31,062 nucleotides of DNA, taken from positions 1 through 31,062 of the forward strand of contig QPMI01000653.1 of assembly GCA_004431415.1 (NCBI GenBank), given 5' to 3'. Shown one piece after another: positions 9,795-19,169 of this stretch (position 1 is its first letter; each line of letters starts with the position of its first letter). Below the pieces are notes generated by a model. That model was not told the origin of the DNA. It saw nothing but the letters and a program-made list of their open reading frames with translations, and did not search any database. This DNA is from Cyanophora paradoxa CCMP329. Taxonomy: Eukaryota > Plantae > Glaucophyta. Position numbers and translations under genes: made by a program.

Positions 9795-10876
9795 TCAGGC
9801 GCTCTCGGTGTCGGCCGCCGTGTCTCCCTTCAAGCGTCGCGCAAGATCCGTGTCTGCAGGGCTGTCCAAATTCAAGGATCAGGACAGTCGCGATTAGCAT
9901 CAATCCGAGCGTGACATTATAATTAAAGAAGCAGCCTGGCAGAGGGAGCTTAAGCCATGCTTATAATTATAGTTATAATCAAGGGACGGAAGAGGCACTG
10001 CAGCATTTGTAATCAAAAATAGGGCAAGACCTTACGCGTGCGCACCCGACCGTGACTCGCTTGCGGTGCTTGGCCGCGAGGACACCACCCTCGAACCAGC
10101 GAATGATGTGCGCCTCGGCGGCCTCGCGAATGGCTTGGATAGTGTCCTGCAAGACATGAAATACTAATCAGCCAGCTATTCGCACCCCCCCGCGCCCGGC
10201 ACTGCGGCACGGGCGCGCACCTTTGTGAACCGAAAGTTAACAGATTGTTCACGAAGACCGGCCTCCACGTCTTCCTTGATCATCGCGGCCGTGAGCTCGC
10301 GCACCTGCGCACGTGCACGCGCCGCACAGCAGGGCACAGGGCTCGGGCGGCAGAGGATAGTTTCAAGTTTTGAAGGGCCCCCACACGTACCAGGCGGCCG
10401 AACGGGGCCAGCGGAATGAGGGCATTGTAGGTCTTCTGGTACCTGAACAGGAGCGGGGTTTCATTCAGAATTTATTTGTCACAGATCTAAATAGATTTAA
10501 ACAAGAGTGAAATAAAAAACATTGAACGTACTTCACAATTTCGCGCTTTGCCACCGTCCCAGGGCGATGGCTGCGCGAGCGAGCGATTCTCACGTGCCGG
10601 GACTTTCTCTTCAAAATAAAACGTAGGGAAGAGAGCAGGCCGACCGGAACGGCTTTCTCACTCCGCCCTCGCCCACAGCCTTTTTCCGCGCGGCTTTGGT
10701 CTTGAGGCCGCTGGCGCCGGAGCTCTTGAATGCCTTTCGCGGGCCTTGTTTCCGGTGCCACGCTTGGCAGTTTGCTGCAAAATATAATTACAATGAACGA
10801 ACTCGAAAGAACTAAGAATCGCAGATATGAATTCAGCGGGCTTTCATGATCATTTTCCCACCTTGATGCGGGGCAT
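9795..10876 (-). CDS. Divergent histone H3 variant (7 exons, ~162 aa; H3/CenH3-like histone fold)
   Basis: Exons 10876-10862, 10774-10645 (one C missing in GCCC), 10570-10532, 10442-10391, 10304-10221, 10146-10046, 9861-9795; all six introns GT-AG. Translation: MPRIKQTAKRGTGNKA(P)RKAFKSSGASGLKTKAARKKAVGEGGVRKPFRHRPGTVAKREIVKYQKTYNALIPLAPFGRLVRELTAAMIKEDVEAGLREQSVNFRFTKDTIQAIREAAEAHIIRWFEGGVLAAKHRKRVTVGPADTDLARRLKGDTAADTESA*. Collinear with canonical H3 from K4 to G132. Confidence 0.93.
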
Positions 10877-11205
10877 TGTTATATATGAGTAGACCGCGGG
10901 GGTCAAAAGCCACTGGGCCACCGGGGGCACTAATCAAAGCGAACGACATGCTTATCTGCTCGACCGCCAGCTGCAGCCGCTGGGCTGCAGGTCCGACCGT
11001 CCAATTCAGGCACGTGATTATAATTATATTCTGCCCGACGCCGGCGCAGCCGCGAGCACGCCGCGCAGCTCGCTCTGAGCGTGCAGGACGCACTGCATCA
11101 TGATCAAGCTCAAGCGACAGCGGAAAGCGGCCCCGGGCGTATTCGAAACCTTCCCGACCCGAGGCCAGGAGCCCGGCGCCGGCGTTCACGCCCGCAGACG
11201 ATGCG

Positions 11206-11980
11206 TTCTATTAGCTCGGAATGCATCAGAAGAACGCTTGAACGATCCCCGGCAGCCGCCTCTGCGCTCGCGCCGCGCCAGGGCGCAGGGCCCCGCCCCC
11301 GGGGCTCGGGCCCCCCGACCAGAGCTCCGGCAGAGACGAAGCGCTCTATTAGCTCGGGCTTCACTGCAGATGCGAATTCGTGCCTTCTCGGCCCGCGGGG
11401 CGGGGCTCAGGCGCGCCAGGTCCGACGGAAAAGCCCCGGCCGGGGGTCGGCCGAAACCCGGGGTACCGGGACCGCGGGGAACTAACGATGTAAATCGCTT
11501 CCTAGCGCACCGAGAATGCGTTTTAGTCACTCTGTTCCATGCCGAGCCCGCCGGCCGCGATGCCAGAGGCCCCATTGAAAGGTGCCACCAGAACTGGACC
11601 CCCCCCAAAGGAGGCTATTCCGGGGGCCCCTGAACGGAACCAAGGCCGTTTAAGGCATCTCCGAGGCCCAGAGGCTCAGGAAAAAATACCAGTTCCATAC
11701 CCGGAGCGGATCCTAGGGTCTCGGGGGGAGGCCCCCCCGGGACCCCCCCGCCCCCAACTCGCCAGGAGAGGCCCGGGGAATGGAACCGGCGCTCTATTTC
11801 AACACTACGAGACCCGCAGACGCTAAATACGCGCTCCCCGCGGCGCCGGGGCGCGCCGGCGGCGCCGGCCGGGGGCGGATCAAATCTGCGCCCCGAGGCC
11901 CCCCGGAGGCTCCGAGAGGGCCGGCCGAGGCCGGGGCGAGGGGCGGAGCCGGCCATATATAGGGGCCCGAGCTAATAGAA
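11206..11980. promoter_or_regulatory. Divergent promoter region with three copies of TCTATTAGCTCGG and a TATA-like CATATATAGG
   Basis: TTCTATTAGCTCGG at 11206-11219, TCTATTAGCTCGGG at 11345-11358, inverted copy CCCGAGCTAATAGAA at 11966-11980. CATATATAGG at 11954-11963, ~80 bp before ATG 12035. Confidence 0.6.
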
Positions 11981-12034
11981 GGTCCACGGGAGCGAGCGGA
12001 GAGGCGCAGGGGGCGGGGCGGAGGGCGGGGCGGG

Positions 12035-14763
12035 ATGTTCAGCGTGGTCAAGGACGCCTACGAGGTCGCCGAGTTCGACGGCCTGTGGGGCCGGGACCGC
12101 CTGATCCTGCTGCGCTCCGACGCCGGCCTCGTCGTGCCCGTCGCCGAGCTGCGCCGCATCCTCATCTACGCCCCCGATGAGCCGCCGGAGGACCCCGACC
12201 GGGCGCTGGCGGACCTGTACCGCGTCCCCTGCAGGCCCGTCGCGAGCGAGGAGACGATCCTGCTGCTCGAGATGCTCGGCGTGATCCGCCGCGGGGCGCA
12301 CCGGCCCGACGGGAGCCCGCCGCGCGTCGTCTCCCTCCGCCACGCCGAGCAGATCGTGTGCGAGCGGTGGGACGAGGACCCCGGGGTGAGCGCGAGGAAG
12401 CGGTGCGTCGCCCGCCACATCCTCGCCGCGATCGAGCGCCGCCGGCTCGAGTCGTTCGAGCGCGTCGAGCTCCGCGTCCTCCGCCTCGGGCCCTCCAGCG
12501 CCACCCGCGTCTTTGCCCTCCGCTGCAAGCGCATCGAGGTCCCCGTGAGCGGCGCCCCCGACCAAGCACCGCCCCGGCGCCCCGCCCCGCCCCGCGCCCC
12601 ACGCTCACCCGGCCTCAGGACGTCGAGTGGTACGCGCCCATCGCGTCCCTCGCGCAGGCGGCGTACGGCTCCTCGCGGACGTGCCCTCGCTGCGGGCCGA
12701 GATCAGGCGCAAGCACCCCGACCTCGGGGCCGACTCGCCTTTTCGCTTCGAGGCACGGACCGACGTCGTCGGGCGGGCCCGCTTCGCCCTCCTCACCAAG
12801 GCGCGCGCCCGCCTCCCGCCTCCGAGCGCGCCCGGGCGCCGGCTGATCGATATTGTGACCGCCCGCGGCCGGGGGTCAGACGCTGACGCTGTACGCCGGG
12901 CTGAACGCCGAGGTCGAGGGCGAGGCGACGCGCGGGCGGCGCGCAAGTGGGGCTTCATCAGCCTCGCCGGCGCCGAGAGGATCCTCCAGGGCCTGCCGCG
13001 CTTCGGGACGAGCTCCTCGTGCCGTTCCGCCGCCAGCGCCTCGCCCTCGAGGGCGCCGACGCCGCCGAGATCGAGGCCGCCGCGCCGCTGCCCCTCGCCC
13101 CCGCCCGCCGCATCGCCATCTTTACGAAGCGCGAGTGGCTCACGGTAAGCAGAGGGACGCGCGGGGCCGGGGCGCGGGGATCGAGGCGGAGGGGCCGGGG
13201 GGCGCTGACCGCGGGCGGCGGCGGCAGGACCAGCACATCGCCAACTGCCTCTCGATCGTGCTGGCGCGGGCCAGCGCGGCGCCCCGCGTCCGAGCCCTGT
13301 ACCCCATGACGCTCGACATTGCGACGAGCCTCCTCCGCCGCCACGCGCGCGCCAGCCCCGAGAAGCGCCGGCGCCGCGCCCTGGGGGCGGCGGAAGAGGG
13401 GCGCGTCATCCTCTGCCCCGTCTCGGGCGGGCTCGTGCGGCGCGGGTCGGAGCGAACCTGGAGCGCGGGGGGCCACTGGACGCTCCTCGTGATCTCCGGC
13501 GACCTGCGCCGCACCCGCTACTTTGACAGCCTGGGCGCGCGCCCGGACCCGTCGCTGGAGCGGGCGGCGAAAAAGGCCTTTCCGAACTTTGAGTTCGAGG
13601 TCGAGACGCAGCTGCGGCTGCAGGCCGATGGGTACCAGTGCGGCATCTGTGCGCGCGCCGCCGCCGCTCAGCGAGTGGTACCGGTACGGTGCAAGGGGAA
13701 GGGACGCCGACGCACCCGTGCGCGCGCAGGGTCCTCTACTTTGCGGAGAGCGTGGTGAGCGAGGCGCTCCTCGGCTTTCCCTGGGACGACGAGCTGCGCA
13801 CCGGCGCCCTCCACTACCTGCGCACCAAGTCGCCCTCGTACGAGGAGAGAAAGGCGATCAACGGGCGCTTCATCGCGGGAAAGAGGGAGCACTTTCGGAG
13901 CCTGCTCGAGTCGGCGCTCGTCGGCGACGTCTACCTCTTCTGCGAGGCCGACGTCGCCGATCCGGAGCGCGTGACGCTCCCGCCGCCGGCCGCCGCGGGC
14001 GAGGCCGCCGCCGCCGCCGCCGCCGCCGCCGAGGGGAGGCCCCGCCGGCGGGCGGACGGGGGGCCGCTGGTCATCTCCTCGTCCTCTTCCTCGTCGTCCT
14101 CGTCGTCCGCCCCGTCCGACGAGGCCGACGAGGCCCAAGGCGGGGCCGCGGACGGCGGCGCCGACGGCGAGGCAGAGGGCCTGGAGCTGGAGGCGGCGCC
14201 GGAGGCGAGCGAGGGCGAGGGCGAGGGCGAGGGGGCCGCAGAGGGCGGGCGGTCGCGCCCGGAGCCGTACGCGCTGCCGGAGGGCGAGTGGAGCCGCGAG
14301 CTGCGGGCGCAGATGAAGCTCTTCGAGGAGTGGAGGACGAGGGCGATCAACCCGGACCGCGCGGGGGCGGCCGTCGAGCGGAGCACGGCCCTGACGAACG
14401 ACGTCGGTGAGCGGGCGCGGCGGCGGCGGCGGAGATGCATATGGGCGGGGCGGGGGACGGAGGAAAGGGGGCTCACGGGGAATCGACGCAGGGACGGTGG
14501 GGCGCTTCCTGGGGTACCTGGCGGCGAGGGAGGAGGTCAGACCGCTCTCGTTCGACGTCTTCTCGCGGGGGGACCTGATCGACCTGTGGATGCGGTTCCT
14601 GACGTTTCTCAAGGAGGAGAGGAAGCTCACCGCGGGGACGCTGAGCGGCTACACCAGCTCGATCATCATGGCCGCCGCCTTTGTGCACTCGAGGACGGGC
14701 GCCGCGACGGGGAGCGAGGGCCCGCACGCCCGCGCCCTGAAGAACGTCAAGGTCAGAGGCGCT

Positions 14764-14795
<32 letters not shown>

Positions 14796-15768
14796 AGAGG
14801 GATCTAGAGAGAGGAGGAGAGGGGCGGAAGAGGGTCGGGGCGGGGGCTACGAACCCGACGCCCGCCCGCCCGCAGGCGCAGCTGGAAAAGGAGAAGCGGG
14901 AGGAGCGCAAGTGGCGGCCGCGGGGCGAGAACTGGGTCGAGTACGAGCAGGTCCTGGGCGCCCGGCTCGCCGCCCTCGAGCAGTACGAGGGCGCGAAGAC
15001 GGACTACGAGCGGGCCCAGGCCCTCCGCGAGGCCTGCCTCCTCGGCTTCCTCGCCGTCACGCCGGCCCGCGTCGGGATCATCCGCCGCCTGCGCGTGGGG
15101 GTGAGCCTGCGGCGCGACGCGGGGGCGTGGTGCATCGTCATCGACTCGATGCGGGCGGACGACGGGACGGGGGAGATGGCCCTCGCGAGCAAGACGGCCC
15201 GCTTCCACGGGGCCCTCTCGATCCCCGTCGCCGCCGTCCTGCAGGAGCCGCTCACCCTCTTCGTGGAGCGCTTCCGCCGCCTCCTCATCCCCGACGGCGC
15301 CCCCGACCAGCAGTGGCTCTTCACCAGCTCGAGCGGCGGCGTCCTCAGCGAGAGCGGCTACGGCGCCTGGGTCAAGCGGGCGCGTCGGAGGGGGTGGCGG
15401 GGGCGGGGCCGGGGCTCACCGCCGCGCCGGCAGGTGCTGGAGCGGTGGACGGGCAAGCCGGTCTCTGCACGCGCCATGAGGGCCGTCCTGACGACCTACG
15501 TGCGGGAGCGGGCGGCGGCGCACCAGATCGAGGGGGACACGGCGGCGGCGGTGATCGAGGGGACGGCCCGCCTCCTGCAGCACAGCGTCCAGACGGCGAC
15601 GACGCACTACGACTACGGCGCCCGCGCCCGCCAGGCCGCCGCCGCCGTCGCGTTCTTCGAGATGGCCGCCCAGCAGCACGCCGCCCGCCGCGCGGCCGAG
15701 GGCGCCGACCGCGAGCGCCTCCCGGCCCCGTCCCCGCCGCCCGCGGCCGCCGGCTCCTCTGCGGCTCC

Positions 15769-15800
<32 letters not shown>

Positions 15801-17056
15801 CGGGGGCGCCGACGGGCCGGACGAGGGGGTACCGGTGGCGCAGCCCGCCGCCGAGCCCGAGCCCGAGCCCCGCGCCGGCGCCCCGTCTCCCCCCTCCTCC
15901 TCGTCGTCCACCGCGACGCCGCCGCGCCGCGCAGCGCGGAGGACGGCGCCCCCGAAGCCTGCGGAAGAGGATGAGGAGAGCGACGGCGGGAGCGGGCGGG
16001 GCCGCTCGGGAGGCGCGAGCTCGTACTCGGAAGACGGCGAGGATTCCACGGGGAGCGGGGCCTCGAGCGGCGGCGAAGAGGGGCCGGAGCAGAAGCGGAG
16101 GCGCTTCCCGTGGCAGAAGCAGAACCCGTTCACGAGGCCCGGGATGCAGGTCGAGCGCGACCTCGCGATCGCCGAGGGGAGGTACTGCGCCCCGTGCGTC
16201 AAGGTGAGGCCCCGCCCGCCGTCCGCCCCGCCCCGCCCCCGCCCGCCCCCTCTCCCGCGGACCGACCCGGCAGCGCCCGCGCGAGCAGATCTTCCGCACC
16301 GCGGCGGGGTACCAGCGCCACCGGGCGACGTCCAAGGCGCACGGCCGAGGGGCCGGGGCGGGGCGGGGCGGCCGCCGGCGGGGGTCCAGGGGCCGCGCCG
16401 CGCGGCGCGGGCGGGACGGGGACGGGGAGGAAGAAGAGGAGGAGGAGGGGGAGGAGCAGGTCGGCGGCGAGCCCCCCGCGGCCCGCGGGCCGCTCTGGCA
16501 CCTGCGCTGGACGTCGGCGTCGCCCTTTCGGGCGGGCCAGGTCGTGGCGGCGCTCACCTCGCACGCGGCGGATCCCCTGCCGCGCCCCGTCTTTGCCCGC
16601 CTCGTCGCGACGGTGCCGCTCCCCTCGGGCGAGACGGAGAACCGCTTCGTCGTGCTCCGGCGCTTCGGGGCCCTGTACGCGCCGTCGACCGAGGGCGGGC
16701 CCGGCGACTGGGGGCGGCCCCGCGCGCTCGTACCGGTGCAGAGCGAGTCGAGGAACGGCGCCGTCGACGTGCTGACGAAAAGCGAGCGGATCTTCGACCT
16801 CCTCGGCCTGGGCTCCTCCTCGTCGGCGCCGCCGCCGCCGGCGCCGCCGCCGGCCCGCGGGCCCGGCCCCGCGACGAGGAGCGCGAGCGCGGGCCCCCGC
16901 GGCGCGGCCGCCCGCCGAAGCGCGGGGCCCGCTCCGCGTAGCCCCCTGCGGCCGCCCTCGAGCCGCCCCCGCCTCCCACCAGCTGCAGAGATCGAGCGCG
17001 CGCGGGCTGGGCGCGGCCCGGGAGCTGAAGAGGTCGGCCGAACTGCGCGTGCGTAA
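12035..17056 (+). CDS. Multi-exon fusion protein: putative tandem Bro-N/SKI-like DNA-binding domains + Ulp1/SENP-like cysteine protease (C48) + tyrosine recombinase + C2H2 zinc finger + C-terminal domain
   Basis: Protease: EWLT|DQHI...GHWTLLV (His 13474)...YFDSLG (Asp 13525)...QADGYQCGI(W)|VLYFAE (Gln 13621, Cys 13639). Recombinase: RFLGYL...FLKEERKLTAGTLSGY, TPARVG (Arg 15068), SKTARFHG (Lys 15191), ARAMR (Arg 15479), LLQHS (His 15581), THYDY (Tyr 15608). Finger: YCAPCVK|IFRTAAGYQRHRATSKAH (~16183-16342). In-frame introns at 14407-14491, 14752-14875, 15380-15433 (GC-AG) and 16204-16288. A few 1-bp frameshifts are needed. Confidence 0.85.
14773..14799 (+). repeat. (GA)n microsatellite inside a recombinase-gene intron
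   Basis: gagagaga... run within intron 14752-14875. Confidence 0.9.
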
Positions 17057-17145
17057 AAAGAGGCCGGCGGGAGGAGACGCGGGGCGGCAAGCTAGCTGCA
17101 GCGCGCGCGGGCGCCGGGGCGCGAGCGCGTGCGACGCCGGCTTCG

Positions 17146-17556
17146 ATGGGGGACGCACCGGGGCCGCCGACGACGACTCCAGCGACGACGCAGTCGATCC
17201 TGGAGCGCGCAGGCTCGCAGCATGCCGTGTACCTGCTCCAGAGCGAAAAGGCGGGCGCCGGCGTGACCTACACCGGCTCCACCAGCTGCCTGGCGCGCCG
17301 GCTCAAGGAGCACCAAACGGGGGCGATCAAGGGCGCGTACACGGCCGGAAGGGGCCCCTGGCGACTCGTGGCTGCGGCGTGGGGCTTTGCAGACGCCGCC
17401 GGCGCGCGTTCGTTCGAGATGCGCGTCAAGAAGCGCTCCGGCGGCGCGAAGCGCAAGCTCCACGCCATGCGCGACATGGCGCATGAGGGTGCGAGCGCGG
17501 GCCTGGCGTTTGGGCTCGCCGAGGGCCTCGTGGGCGGCTGCGGCGAGGTCGGGTGA
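17146..17556 (+). CDS. SLX1-like GIY-YIG endonuclease (136 aa, intronless)
   Basis: AVYLLQS...TYTGST..LARRLKEH...GAYT.GRGPWRLV....GF.....ARSFE matches the GIY-YIG SLX1/UPF0213 motif series, including the conserved Arg, His and Glu. Starts 90 bp after the recombinase stop. Confidence 0.88.
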   Translation: MGDAPGPPTTTPATTQSILERAGSQHAVYLLQSEKAGAGVTYTGSTSCLARRLKEHQTGAIKGAYTAGRGPWRLVAAAWGFADAAGARSFEMRVKKRSGGAKRKLHAMRDMAHEGASAGLAFGLAEGLVGGCGEVG

Positions 17557-18461
17557 GGAAGGCAGGACGGGCCGCGATCGCGCGCCCGAGGCTAGCCTAG
17601 CGGATGAAGAGTCGGATGTAGAACCTTGAAGAAGCGCGAGATGCCGCTCCCGCGATGCTGCCTGCGCTCGCCGGGTACGAGGCTTTAAGCACGGGGGGGG
17701 GGGGAAAGGAGGGGAGAGGTTGGGGGGGAGAGGGGGGGAGGGGGGAAGCGGAGCCACGTTGCGACAACGTCGGTCAGTGTTCGAGACCGGGACCCAAGCG
17801 GCGCCGGCGGGCCGCAGCTCGCGCTCTGCGATCGGATTTGGAGACGTTATGCGAGAGCGGGTGCCTCCAGCCCGGCGCGGCCGAGCGCAGATGCGAATGG
17901 CGGGCGATGGGCCGAGCCTCGCGGCGCCCTCCAGCAGGCCGCCCGCCGGCCTGGGCACCGTGCTTCGAACTGCCTCTGCGCCAGGCCTAGGCTCCTTCCG
18001 GTGAGCTGGTGCGCCCTCGAGCTCGCGCGGCCGCCGGCGACGACCGCACACACAGCAGCACAGCAGCACAGCAGCACCCAGCTGTGCAGCGCGCTCCGCT
18101 TACCGTCCAGGCGAACCGCCGGGGGCATAGCTCGCGGCGCCGGCGCGGCTCCCCCGCCCCCATGCCTCGGCTCCTCCGATCCCCGTCGACGGCAAGGCGG
18201 CGGCGCCGTCCTGCAGGCCCAAGCTCGGCGCCGCGGAATCGGGTGCGAGGGGCAAGCCAGAGGCCCCAACCCCGCCCCCGCCTCTGCAACCGCCCGACCG
18301 CCCGCGCCGCCATGCGCAGCCGCAGTGCCGCGGATCGCGGCGAGCTCAGCGATTCCGAGCGTGCGTGCATCTTCCGGGTGCGGCGGGGCGGCGCTCCTAG
18401 AATTCCCCAGCCCGCCCCTCTCGCAGCCGGCCTCGCGCCGCGCTCACTCGCCCCCTAACCC

Positions 18462-18938
18462 CCCGTACCCCCGCGCAGCGCGCGGTCTACGGCCCTGTGG
18501 CGGATTCCGGGTACGGGCCGTGTACCCCTCTCTGCTCCGGGCGGCGCGCCGCCGACTCTTCCGATCTACGGGTCCGGCCCCTCCCAGCGGTGCCCCGCCG
18601 CGCTCGCCGACCCCCGTACCCCCCGCAGCCTGCGCTACACTGGCCGTGGCGCATTCCGGCTACGGACCGTGTACCCCCTCCCTGCGCCGCGGCACCTCGC
18701 GAGGGGCGGCTCGCTCGAGCGGTTCGGCATGCTTCAGAGGCCCAGCGGAACCGACCTCAGGGGGGGGAGCGGCACCGTGCCCCGAATCGACCCGTCGCGA
18801 GGTCAGAGCCGCCCCGCGCCCCTGCCCCCTCCCCCCTAGACCCCCTCTGCCGCCCCGCCCCTTCTGATTCGGGACGGGGGCGGGGGAATGCAGGAACGAC
18901 CCTGAGGGGGGTAGCGGCACCCTACCCGGAACCGGCCG
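18462..18938. repeat. Degenerate copies of the repeat core: two reverse, then two weak forward copies
   Basis: GGATTCCGGGTACGGGCCGTGTACCCC (~18502-18528) and GCATTCCGGCTACGGACCGTGTACCCC (~18651-18677), each preceded by CCCGTACCCC. Weak forward copies CACCGTGCCCCGAATCGACC (~18773) and GGGGTAGCGGCACCCTACCCGGAACCGGCC (~18908). Confidence 0.6.
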
Positions 18939-19169
18939 GGCGGCTCGATGGAGATGCGGCGGTCCCGCGCGCGACGGGGCGGCCCGCTGGGCCCGGCCCG
19001 CCTTAAAGGGAACCCGGCAGCCGCTCTCTCGGGCCAAGGATCGCGGTCCTTCGACCCCCCGCAGACGCGCCCAGGTGCGCCGCCCACGCCCGCGCCCTCC
19101 CCCCCTCGGCGACCCCGCCCGCCGGCCCCCTCGCTCCGCACCGACGCCCGCGTCTGCGCAGGCGAGAGC

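Noticed and set aside
10465-10761. 98-aa ORF MAPETRPAKG... as a standalone protein
   Set aside because: It is an out-of-frame and intron read-through of the spliced H3 gene; only HRPGTVAKREIVK is real coding frame.
13135-13760. Adenain-type virion maturation protease implying a Polinton or virophage
   Set aside because: WLxDxxI, HWxLL, YFDSL and QxDGYxCG fit Ulp1/SENP C48 better, the domain is fused to a YR, and no capsid, pPolB or packaging ATPase was recognised in the window.
17560-18460. Gene in the GIY-YIG downstream region, including the (CACAGCAG)n run at ~18050-18077
   Set aside because: Only low-complexity GC ORFs and a short simple repeat; no coding signal.
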